From assembly GCA_020348925.1 (NCBI GenBank), contig CP070758.1:4959775-5023774 (forward strand): 64,000 nt of DNA, read 5' to 3'. Positions 38,893 to 48,062 of the stretch are shown in pieces (the first letter of the stretch is position 1; every line of letters starts with the position of its first letter). Made by a program: the position numbers and the translations under genes. The notes below the pieces were generated by a model, which did no database searches, was not told the origin of the DNA, and was given only the letters and a program-made list of their open reading frames with translations. Source of the stretch: Gemmatimonadota bacterium (GTDB taxonomy: Bacteria; JBHIER01; G020348925).

Positions 38893-39015
38893 GTTATTTT
38901 CTCCTCCTTTTACGTTTGGAGTAGAACAAAACGTCACTTTCTCACCTTACTTTTTTCAGACGTCCTTACTCCAACCAGATTACTCTTTATTTTTCCCGCT
39001 TAGAAACATTCCTCA

Positions 39016-40461
39016 TCACGTTTTTCGAATCATTTTTTTGAAGGCACTGAATTCACCGGTCTGGAAGAATCGGAACCCAAATAAAATGCACAAGAATCCT
39101 ACCATCAACAAGCTTTTCAGCACAAGCTCAACGCCCATCTTAGAACTGGTGAGGAAAATATTTGTAACGAAAATTATGACAGCAGCCAAGGAGATTTTAC
39201 AGAGTCGCGACATTTCATATGGTATGGGAAAAACCTTCGTATTAATAAGATACAAAAATAAGGCCATAGACATGTAAGCCATCAGGGTAGCCAGAGCAGC
39301 ACCCATCATTCCAAGCTTAGGGATAAGAAGCAGATTGAAAAGAATATTCACACCCGCTGCAAAACCTGTCACGTACGGAACCGGCTTCGTCTTCTTCGTA
39401 ATATATACTCCAACAATAAAGTTCACGTACATTCCATAAAACAGATAGGAGAGGAGAATCACCGGAACAATACGTGACGCTTCCCAATACACTTCACCCA
39501 CAAAAAGGTGTAATACAATTCTCAGATAGAGGGTAACTCCAAGAAAAAAAACTGCCCCGGCCAATACAAAATACGTGAACACGCTGGCATAAATATTTTT
39601 CGCATCATTCTGTTCCGCCACAGAGAGAAAAAAAGGTGGCCAGGCAATACGGAAGGCTGACACGAAAAGTGTCATGATCATTCCCAATCTATATCCCAAA
39701 GAGTAGAGACCCACCTCTTCCAATCCAGAAAAGTGTTCTAAAAGATACCGATCGGACAAATCAATGACAAGAACGCAGAGCACGGCCGGAATGAGTGGCA
39801 ACCCGAATTGCAGCAGTTGCTTCAACAGTGATACAGAGACAGTCTTTTTCAAGTAACGTACTGAGATAGGCACAAGCAGAATAAAAATTGAGAGTGAAGC
39901 AAAAAGGTTGCTCAATAAAATCCCTTCCACTCCCCTTCTTAAAAAGAGAACAAAATAAAGATTGAGACCAACGGTTAATGCAAAACGAATGACCGTCATG
40001 GCAGCATAGCTTTTCGACTTTTCTAAGGCCCGTAACGTCAGGAGGGGAAACTGGGCTAATGTATCAATAAAAAGGATGAGGGCCATGAGGCGAACGTACA
40101 AAACATACATGGAATTCCCGAACAGAAGTGCAGCCACAGCGGGCGAGGCAAACCAAAGACAGCAAGAACCAAGAAAGGAGGTGCATCCTAAAAAGATCAC
40201 GACAGTACTAAAGAGAGTCTTTCTGCCTTCCTTATCCCTCTCTGCCACAAAAAAGCGGAGAAAGGCTGTGTTGAGCCCCATAATATAGAGAACATTGACG
40301 AATCCAATAAATACGTAGGCCAAAGCCATAACGCCATATTCCGCCGTTGAGAGATGGTGGGTGTATAGTGGAATGAGAATGAAGGAGATCGAACGACCTA
40401 CAATATCTCCAAGACCATAGATGGACGTATGTTTCAAAAGGCGTTTTAATTCAGAAAACAT
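39016..40461 (-). CDS. Wzx-type polysaccharide flippase
   Basis: KHTSIYGLG, many TM helices, DRYLL...VGLYSLG, LIPKLGMMGAALAT. Confidence 0.88.
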   Translation of the reverse strand: MFSELKRLLKHTSIYGLGDIVGRSISFILIPLYTHHLSTAEYGVMALAYVFIGFVNVLYIMGLNTAFLRFFVAERDKEGRKTLFSTVVIFLGCTSFLGSCCLWFASPAVAALLFGNSMYVLYVRLMALILFIDTLAQFPLLTLRALEKSKSYAAMTVIRFALTVGLNLYFVLFLRRGVEGILLSNLFASLSIFILLVPISVRYLKKTVSVSLLKQLLQFGLPLIPAVLCVLVIDLSDRYLLEHFSGLEEVGLYSLGYRLGMIMTLFVSAFRIAWPPFFLSVAEQNDAKNIYASVFTYFVLAGAVFFLGVTLYLRIVLHLFVGEVYWEASRIVPVILLSYLFYGMYVNFIVGVYITKKTKPVPYVTGFAAGVNILFNLLLIPKLGMMGAALATLMAYMSMALFLYLINTKVFPIPYEMSRLCKISLAAVIIFVTNIFLTSSKMGVELVLKSLLMVGFLCILFGFRFFQTGEFSAFKKMIRKT

Positions 40462-40507
40462 GTTTCAGCAGTCTCATAACAGGGTGAAGTATCATTGCCT
40501 TCTTCCC

Positions 40508-42052
40508 TTACTCGAAAGACCAGTGGGTTTTGTACACGACCATTCTTTCTCCTCCCAATATCGTATTTTTCATTATGCGAAGTGAGAAGAGTGGCTCAAA
40601 AAGATCTTTATGATTCGAAAGAAATTGAAATTCGTCATGAAATGCAACGACAAAATCAGGTTTTTTCTTGACGAGATACTGAAACACACCCTGCTCTCGT
40701 CCCAGCTCTTTGACGTAAGGGATAACTTCAGGTGTCACCAAACCATCGGTATCAAGAATAGACCGTTCAGAGAAAAAAGCAATAGCCCCGACGTCACTCG
40801 CAGCCACTGTAGCATTCAATGGTAGATTGTTTTCAATCCATCTTCCCATACGAACGTCCATCTGGTTAACGTTGTCGACATTTTCGGCATATATTCGAGA
40901 CCAGTGAAAAAGCAGTGCCAATGAACAGATGAATGACAGAAGAAGGAATCCTTCCTTCAATTTTGCCCCCTTCAGCTTCACCACATTGAATCCGAAATAA
41001 CATCCGTGGACAGAGAAGAGAAAGAACAAAGGTATGAGGAACATAATATATCTCCCATGATGCCACGTTATCGGATTTATCACGGCATTCAAGAGGGGCA
41101 GACCACAAAACCAGAGCACGAGTATCGATACCTTTATATCCCCACGAATACCTTTTCGTCCGATATGCCACAGTCCAAAAGGAAGCGTTAAAAAAAAGAG
41201 GGGATGATCCCGAAAGAGGAAGTAGACCACTTTAATTATGTATCGAACCGAAACGAACCCAATGTGAAGACCTTGCGTTTTGGCATAAAAAGTAGTGGGT
41301 AAGGGGTGTCCCGTCGTCTTGAAACAGAACCATACTTGAGGCAGAACCAGAACCATAAAAATGAGAACATGGAGAACAAAGGCAACAAATGCTCTTTTGA
41401 AAGGGATGTGATCCGAATTCCTTTTTCGCGAACAGAACAATTGCCAAAATGTAAGGAGACAGGCGAAAGCAAAGAGAGCGGCACCTTCAGGGCGGGCTAA
41501 CGTGGTTAATCCGAAAAAAACGGTGGTGACAAAAGATTTCGGAGATGCGGGTTCGAATTTCAAATACAATAAGATACCGACATGGGTCAACATCGTGAAC
41601 AGTCCGATTTCCATGCCCGAAAGGACTCCCCAGAAAAGACGTCCGGCGAGGAGTGTAAAAAGGGCCACAAGAAAGGCGCACCATCGATTCGGATCGATAT
41701 ACCGAGAAATGTTATATAAGGCCCAGACCGCAACCAGCAGAAACAGGAGACCGAGAACCTTGGATGAAGAGAGAAACCCGCCTGTTATTTTATAAGTTCC
41801 TGCGAGAATGTAGACCCAGAGAGGGCTTGTTGAACCCGGAGTCTCGTGACCGGGATTATAAGAAAATCCGTACCCGCGAGCCACATTCCGGGCGAATTGA
41901 AAATGGATCCAACTGTCGTCAAGGGGTACCCCGCTCTCCCCCGCTATTCGGTTCTCCTGAATGTTAAAAAGAGAAAAAGCTAAAAACGAGAACGCAACGA
42001 GTATAAAGAACAGCGAAACGTGTGATCTCCTATTGACCATGCTCAAATCCAT
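40508..42052 (-). CDS. Polytopic membrane glycosyltransferase-like (GT-C) protein
   Basis: PLDDSWIHFQFARN...G.TSPLW, SGME, ARPEG, DVGAIAFFS...DGLVTP. Confidence 0.65.
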   Translation of the reverse strand: MDLSMVNRRSHVSLFFILVAFSFLAFSLFNIQENRIAGESGVPLDDSWIHFQFARNVARGYGFSYNPGHETPGSTSPLWVYILAGTYKITGGFLSSSKVLGLLFLLVAVWALYNISRYIDPNRWCAFLVALFTLLAGRLFWGVLSGMEIGLFTMLTHVGILLYLKFEPASPKSFVTTVFFGLTTLARPEGAALFAFACLLTFWQLFCSRKRNSDHIPFKRAFVAFVLHVLIFMVLVLPQVWFCFKTTGHPLPTTFYAKTQGLHIGFVSVRYIIKVVYFLFRDHPLFFLTLPFGLWHIGRKGIRGDIKVSILVLWFCGLPLLNAVINPITWHHGRYIMFLIPLFFLFSVHGCYFGFNVVKLKGAKLKEGFLLLSFICSLALLFHWSRIYAENVDNVNQMDVRMGRWIENNLPLNATVAASDVGAIAFFSERSILDTDGLVTPEVIPYVKELGREQGVFQYLVKKKPDFVVAFHDEFQFLSNHKDLFEPLFSLRIMKNTILGGERMVVYKTHWSFE

Positions 42053-42095
42053 GCAATGGAAAAACGATACGAATGATGGAGAAGCCTATTGGCTT

Positions 42096-43034
42096 CTAAC
42101 CTGTTCGAGATTTCTTCAAACCCGACAAATAGGAAGAGGCGATAATATAATCGTAGATGAGAGAAGGGCGACCGGTGGGCGAGTATGTTCCATACCACTT
42201 CAAAATCCGAAAAAAGAAAGGATTCATGACTGCCTGAAACAGAATTTTTTTGCATATCAATGGAATCGTGTCACGGCCAAATTTCACCGGTTCGATGAAA
42301 TGAGCCTTGACCGTCTCAGCCAGTTGTGGATGTTTATGAATCATATACGCCAATGACGTCTGACCATAGTCGAACATAAGGCGACAGACTTCATCGATAT
42401 GTCGATAATGCATGTGAAAGGAGATCGCGTTCGGAGCATAAAGAAACTCGACATCACCGAGTTGTTCCAATCGAAATGTCAACTCAAGATCTTCCCCACC
42501 GTATACTTGTATCTTCTCGTCGAAAAGCCCAGCTTCAAATAAGGTCGATTTTTGAATGGAGGCGTTGTTGAATATCAAATACTTGAATGGCATTTTTTGA
42601 CCTTCGTGTAACTTGTGAACACCACGAGTACTGAGATATCTAACGATGCCGGTGCGGAGAACTTCAGGAGCCAGCTGGACATTTCCCATAACCGCCACTT
42701 TCCGGCCCGTCGTATGGAACGCGATATGTTCCTCTATAAAGTGAGGAATTACTTCCATGTCGTCATCGATGGAAACAATGATAGTCCCCTGCGCGTTTTT
42801 GAGTCCGGTATTTCTCGCCGCAGACAGCCCTCTGTTCACCTCGTGCCGGATGAATCGGAACTGAAAGGAGGGGATAAAATTTTCTAAAAATTCGCGCGTA
42901 CTATCCTTCGATCCATCGTCAACAACGATGACTTCAAAGTTCTCTCTTGGATATGAGAGTCGATCCAAAGACCGCAAGGCTCTTTTTAAGAAATCGATTT
43001 TATTGAAACTCGGGACGACAATGCTCACATCCAT
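42096..43034 (-). CDS. Glycosyltransferase family 2
   Basis: VSIVVPSFN, VVDDGS, GLSAARNTG, DDD, GGEDLE. Confidence 0.92.
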   Translation of the reverse strand: MDVSIVVPSFNKIDFLKRALRSLDRLSYPRENFEVIVVDDGSKDSTREFLENFIPSFQFRFIRHEVNRGLSAARNTGLKNAQGTIIVSIDDDMEVIPHFIEEHIAFHTTGRKVAVMGNVQLAPEVLRTGIVRYLSTRGVHKLHEGQKMPFKYLIFNNASIQKSTLFEAGLFDEKIQVYGGEDLELTFRLEQLGDVEFLYAPNAISFHMHYRHIDEVCRLMFDYGQTSLAYMIHKHPQLAETVKAHFIEPVKFGRDTIPLICKKILFQAVMNPFFFRILKWYGTYSPTGRPSLIYDYIIASSYLSGLKKSRTG

Positions 43035-43040
43035 ATCACA

Positions 43041-44468
43041 TCAACCTCGTTGAAAAATACTCCAGCGGTGTTCACTTTCACCCAACAAACCGGATACAAC
43101 ATACAAATATAGAAATATCCCGACACATATGAGAAGTAAAACTTTCAAAATTATCGGAATCGAAATGAAAGAATCCAGGGCATACATTCCTGCTCCAGCA
43201 CACCCTATTATTAATATTTTTAACCACTGGAAAGACATGAAGTAGTATCGGTTCGACAACAAAAGTGTTGCCGTGGCCATAGCACAGTTTGTTGCAACCG
43301 TAGCGAAACCCGCACCCACGATTCCGTATTTCGGAATGAGTACGAGGTTCAGAGAAACATTGATAATTACAGCACACAAAGTAATAACGGGTAAAAAGGC
43401 AGTTTTCCCGCTGACGAGCAGGCCAGTGGTGAAGACATAATACGCCCCATAGAGTATTCCAGAACAGACAAGGAGTGGGATGACTCGGGTAGACTCATGA
43501 TAGGCGCCGGCTGCAAGTACCGAGAGGACTTCCGCACGAAAAAGTATGAGACCGATGCCGGTAAACGACAGAACCGTAAAAAAAATTAAGAAGACCCGCT
43601 GGAACAATACGGGAGCACCTTCACTTTTGTATTTTGAAAAGACGAACTGAGGCCAGGCTCGTTCGAAGGATATCAACATCAATGGGATGACAGCACATAT
43701 CTCCATTGCATACTGGTACAATCCCACCTCCTGTAAACCTGTTAATCTTTTCAGGATGTAAATATCGGCATATGTGAGTATCCATAAAGCGAGATTGCTC
43801 GGCATCAACGGCAATCCAAAGCCGAACATGCCCTTGGCAATTTTTAAAGTGAACGTGAAACGCGGTCTGAAAAGAAGCAAGAACGCTCCGGTACCAAGAC
43901 AAAAGGAGAGAAGGGCGCCCCACAACAAACCTGAAATTCCAAGGGACATGGAAATAACGAACGTAAAGGTCAGAATTACATTGGAGAGACCTCGAATCGA
44001 CGTGAATAGAACGAAGATTCGAGATTTGGCAGAAGCTCTCAAAATACTGAGAAGGAGTTGAAAAAATGAACCGAATAGGGCTATACTTACGGCTATTCTT
44101 ACCAGATGCGCATATTGGACTGTCCGAAACAGGAAGTATGATAGAAACGACGATAGGAACAAGGCAACAACAGTTAAGACAATCCCGATTGATATCATCG
44201 ACGTCAGAGCGGTACCGACGGCTTTCGACCGATTCTTTTCATCATCATATTCGTTGTGCCACCTCATAAGCGCATAGCTGAGACCAAAATCAAAAAAGAG
44301 AAACAAAAAGGAAATGGTCATAAGCAGGAGAGAATACACACCGAAGCTAACAGGCGATATGTATCGGGAGATGAGTGGAATCAACGCAAGGCGAACGAGG
44401 CCGTTCGCAATCCCACCGATACCGTAAGTGATAGTATGCTTTGTTAGTGTCTTGACATCCTCAAGCAT
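43041..44468 (-). CDS. Second Wzx-type polysaccharide flippase
   Basis: KHTITYGIG, many TM helices, VGLYQYA, LIPKYGIVGAGFAT. Confidence 0.88.
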   Translation of the reverse strand: MLEDVKTLTKHTITYGIGGIANGLVRLALIPLISRYISPVSFGVYSLLLMTISFLFLFFDFGLSYALMRWHNEYDDEKNRSKAVGTALTSMISIGIVLTVVALFLSSFLSYFLFRTVQYAHLVRIAVSIALFGSFFQLLLSILRASAKSRIFVLFTSIRGLSNVILTFTFVISMSLGISGLLWGALLSFCLGTGAFLLLFRPRFTFTLKIAKGMFGFGLPLMPSNLALWILTYADIYILKRLTGLQEVGLYQYAMEICAVIPLMLISFERAWPQFVFSKYKSEGAPVLFQRVFLIFFTVLSFTGIGLILFRAEVLSVLAAGAYHESTRVIPLLVCSGILYGAYYVFTTGLLVSGKTAFLPVITLCAVIINVSLNLVLIPKYGIVGAGFATVATNCAMATATLLLSNRYYFMSFQWLKILIIGCAGAGMYALDSFISIPIILKVLLLICVGIFLYLYVVSGLLGESEHRWSIFQRG

Positions 44469-45534
44469 TCCTGGTCATCCATCCCAATTCTTGATAGATC
44501 TCATAGAGTTTTTGAACAACACTCTTGGCAGCGTGAACCCTCTCGACCCAGACCCGCCCCTCATGTCCTTTCCGTCTCCTAAATTCTTCATGCTTTATGA
44601 GATACTCCAATTTCTCCTTTAAATTCGTTGCATCGACATTGATAAAGGGGTGATCTGAAAGAAAGGTCTCGTATTCGGTCGTGAGGTTCGTACAGGTGGG
44701 TATCCCCATGGCTAAGGTTTCCAAGGAATTGACACCGTAGCCTAAGCCTCCCAAATTGGCAATTTGATCGATGGCAATATCGCATGTTCGCTTGAGCCGG
44801 ATGGCTTCATCATGCGATCTTCCCTCAATGAGAACAAATTCAATGCGACCTTCGTGTTCCAGTTCGTTGCAGATATCGATAATGACATCGGACCCCTTGA
44901 AGAAACGACTCGTGGGAGCATGACAGATTCTCAGCATGTCGTTTTCCCGTTCACGTTCAGAATATTGAAAAACATCAAAGGGGAGAAAGAGATATCGGAT
45001 ATTGGGATGGAGACTCAGGTGATCGAACTCGCAGGTCAAATTGAGGTCGCTCAATTCATCCATGGCCCTGATAACACCTCTGTTTCTCAAATCGGTACCA
45101 TGATAGTGACACACAATCTTTTTCCCCAGAGTCTTCAATTTTATAGCAAATCGAGCGTCTCTGAAAAGATCGACGCCAGCATGAAAATGATAGATATCGA
45201 AATCAAAAAGGTTGTAGTCTGCAATGCTTTTCTCAATTTTGTGCCTCCAAAGCGCATCTCGAATTCGAAAAAATAGACGCTCAAGACCTTTCGGATTCCA
45301 TTCTCTCAATACCGTTGAGGGCATCGGATTTTCTCTCGAGAGAAGTTTCTTCAATTCACGAAGATACCATTTATTCCCAACGAGAGGCAAATTGAGATTG
45401 ATATCCTCCTCGTACCCACACCAATTTGGATACATCGTGATCAAGCGGCTTACATTCCCAAATGCCCTGTGCGTTCTGACAAAAGTCATGAGCGTGCCCG
45501 TATAGTGTTCCGGAGAAATATGAAGGATTTTCAA
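44461..45534 (-). CDS. GT-B fold (GT4-like) glycosyltransferase
   Basis: Likely TTG start MKILHISP overlapping the upstream stop; HYHGTDLR, HAPT..FKG, CDIAIDQ, GVNSLETLAMGIP. Confidence 0.8.
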   Translation of the reverse strand: MKILHISPEHYTGTLMTFVRTHRAFGNVSRLITMYPNWCGYEEDINLNLPLVGNKWYLRELKKLLSRENPMPSTVLREWNPKGLERLFFRIRDALWRHKIEKSIADYNLFDFDIYHFHAGVDLFRDARFAIKLKTLGKKIVCHYHGTDLRNRGVIRAMDELSDLNLTCEFDHLSLHPNIRYLFLPFDVFQYSERERENDMLRICHAPTSRFFKGSDVIIDICNELEHEGRIEFVLIEGRSHDEAIRLKRTCDIAIDQIANLGGLGYGVNSLETLAMGIPTCTNLTTEYETFLSDHPFINVDATNLKEKLEYLIKHEEFRRRKGHEGRVWVERVHAAKSVVQKLYEIYQELGWMTRNA

Positions 45535-47051
45535 CACCTCGCGCAACTCCTTCGATACGTCTCTTGAAAAATGACATACCCAAAATACATATTCAGTACG
45601 ATTAAGAAACTCAAAGAGATCAGTATCCACCTCACCGGTATTCCAATTGAATAGAGATAGACAAACCAGAAATCCGCAGTTGTGTCCTCATAAGAGACAC
45701 TTTCGAGCTGGAGTGATTCATTTCGAGGCACGGGAGTGGGCTTTTGAGATATGCGGGTGATCAGTTGAAGGTGATCGATGAGGGGCGATTTGACAGGATT
45801 CCAGTATACCTCTGTCGATGATACAGTGTTCGATTCGTATCGGCGACCTATGCGTCTCGTTCCATCAACGGTGACTCCTAAAACCTGCACGAAGAATGAA
45901 AGTACCAATAGAACAATCCAAATCCTTTTCAATCGTGTTCGACTTTGGAAGTCAATCCCTTCTCTGAAACATCCGATAAAAATAATAAAAAAGGGAACTA
46001 TGGGCAGTGTGAATCTCGGTCCCCAGCACCAATCGCCACTCCAATTCGACAGTTTCGAATAGAACAAAAGATTGACGCAGATAAGGCTACAAAAAAGCAG
46101 CATTTCCCGCTTGTGTGTATGATAAAATCTCCGGACGCCTAAAAAGGAAAACAGCAATATTGGGGAGTACAGAAACAGCCCTTTCCCGGGGCTGATCAAT
46201 TGACCCACGACACCGACAAGAACCGGAGTCGTCAATTTCACTGCGGAGTCAGCACTGTGTCCATCTTGATAAAAGACTCCAAACCTGACACTATTATACC
46301 AGCCAACAAGTATTATAAAAAAAAGGATCGGCAGAGCATATAGAATCAATTGCTTTCCAATGCTGCGGAAAGGTCGTCCGTTGTCTTTCAGACAAGAATA
46401 GACGTAGATTGAGAAGAATGGCAGTACAAGAAGGGAAGCAATTCGTGTCAGGAGAGAAAATCCTAAAAGGATTCCCGACAAAAAAATCCATCTGGAACTG
46501 AACGTTTGCCTGAAAAGGACAACCGAGTATGCAGCACTTAATAGAAGAAACGCCGTCAAGGTCACGTCAAAAGAAACTTTGGTATAGGGAAAGGCAAGGG
46601 TGCAGAATCCGTAGATGCAGCTAACCCCTATTGCCGTTTTTGTTCGATATCCCAGTTTCCGGTGAAATAAATATACAAGGGTACACGTGAGAGCCGTAAT
46701 CGCGGGATTCATGAGAGAGATACAAAAATGGTGGATTCTCATTTCAGGAAACTGAGGAAATAGTTTCGCCAGTCCCTCTCCGCAATAATAGAAGGGAAGC
46801 ATTATCAAGGATTGCCCCAAACCGTGAGGAGAATAGAGCTTACCATCTTGGCCTCGGGCAGCACTGATCTCATGAAACTGCTCATCTTTCAATTCGAAAC
46901 TTCCGAGCCGCATGATGTTGTGTATAATCTCGTATTCCATCGCAGCGTCATATGTTCCCAAATGCCCGCTGTTCGTTCCAAGGTAGAATATCAAGAAGAA
47001 AAAAAAGAGAAAATAAGGTAATGAATCCGAGGAGAAAGCCTTTTGTTTCAT
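45531..47051 (-). CDS. Polytopic membrane glycosyltransferase (GT-C/PMT-like)
   Basis: Many TM helices, SPGKGLFLYSP, WSGDWCWGPRF. Confidence 0.7.
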   Translation of the reverse strand: MKQKAFSSDSLPYFLFFFFLIFYLGTNSGHLGTYDAAMEYEIIHNIMRLGSFELKDEQFHEISAARGQDGKLYSPHGLGQSLIMLPFYYCGEGLAKLFPQFPEMRIHHFCISLMNPAITALTCTLVYLFHRKLGYRTKTAIGVSCIYGFCTLAFPYTKVSFDVTLTAFLLLSAAYSVVLFRQTFSSRWIFLSGILLGFSLLTRIASLLVLPFFSIYVYSCLKDNGRPFRSIGKQLILYALPILFFIILVGWYNSVRFGVFYQDGHSADSAVKLTTPVLVGVVGQLISPGKGLFLYSPILLFSFLGVRRFYHTHKREMLLFCSLICVNLLFYSKLSNWSGDWCWGPRFTLPIVPFFIIFIGCFREGIDFQSRTRLKRIWIVLLVLSFFVQVLGVTVDGTRRIGRRYESNTVSSTEVYWNPVKSPLIDHLQLITRISQKPTPVPRNESLQLESVSYEDTTADFWFVYLYSIGIPVRWILISLSFLIVLNMYFGYVIFQETYRRSCARC

Positions 47052-47069
47052 ATCCGACTTACAGGAAAA

Positions 47070-48047
47070 TTAAAAATCAAGGTACAGCGTATCACGAAAA
47101 ATACCGTGCGCTCCAAAATTCTCCTTAAAGCGTCCAAGCCCCCAATTCGGTTCCATATTGACGGTAAAAATTCCTAAATCGAAAAATTTGAATTTCCGTT
47201 CAAGAGCCCATTTGATTACTTCGAACATAAGGAGATTCACCGGCCGATACGTTTGGTACTCCTTCAAGTGGCTGATGTAAAAAGCAAGTATTACTCGAGG
47301 ATTACATACGAATAGAGTCAAACCTGCAATCATTTGATTATTAAGAAACGCCCCAAAGAGTCGAATATCCGAAGCAAGAAGATTCTTTAACTGCTTCAAT
47401 TCACCTAAAGTATGGGTAGGTGTGACATTATGCCTCAATTTCAAATTTGTCTTGAGAATAGAGTAAAAAGTCTCAAAATCACTTGAGGCTTTTACAACAA
47501 CACCGGAACGTCCTGCCTTGCGAATGGCCGTCCTCGTTTCACTCTTAAAGGTCGAAAGAATGCGTTGCGGAGCATAGTTTAGAGTAATAATACTGGACAC
47601 CTCACGCTTTTTATATTGAAATCCGTGCCGAAATAGGCAAAAATCAAGATAATTATTGGGTTGCTGGAGATAGATTATTGGAGGAAGAGTCATTTCAATT
47701 CTGTGAAATCCCTTTTTAAGGGCATATGCATGGAGTGAACGAACGAGGACATCGACTTCATTGATACCAAGGTTGATGGGAAAAACGAATCCACCAAATG
47801 ATGCTCCCGGATGTGACACTAATGTTTTTTTTCCATCCCGTTCTTCTGATACTGATGGAAACAGGGCAATAATGTGCTCCGTATCTTTGAAAACGAGGTG
47901 GTGATTTCTGAAGCGACTTCTCGGGTGATAGTCAAGAAATTGTAACCGATGAAAGAGGGTCCCGTTATTGGATTTCATCACAAAACGATCCCAAGCGATT
48001 TTATCACTCCAACTGTATGGTTTGACGGAAATATTCATTCTTGACAC
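47070..48047 (-). CDS. FemAB-like GNAT acyl/aminoacyl transferase
   Basis: WDRFV..SNNGTLFH, SHPGASFGG, FDLG, GLGRFKENFGA. Confidence 0.75.
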   Translation of the reverse strand: MSRMNISVKPYSWSDKIAWDRFVMKSNNGTLFHRLQFLDYHPRSRFRNHHLVFKDTEHIIALFPSVSEERDGKKTLVSHPGASFGGFVFPINLGINEVDVLVRSLHAYALKKGFHRIEMTLPPIIYLQQPNNYLDFCLFRHGFQYKKREVSSIITLNYAPQRILSTFKSETRTAIRKAGRSGVVVKASSDFETFYSILKTNLKLRHNVTPTHTLGELKQLKNLLASDIRLFGAFLNNQMIAGLTLFVCNPRVILAFYISHLKEYQTYRPVNLLMFEVIKWALERKFKFFDLGIFTVNMEPNWGLGRFKENFGAHGIFRDTLYLDF

Positions 48048-48062
48048 TTTCTTATCTTTGAG

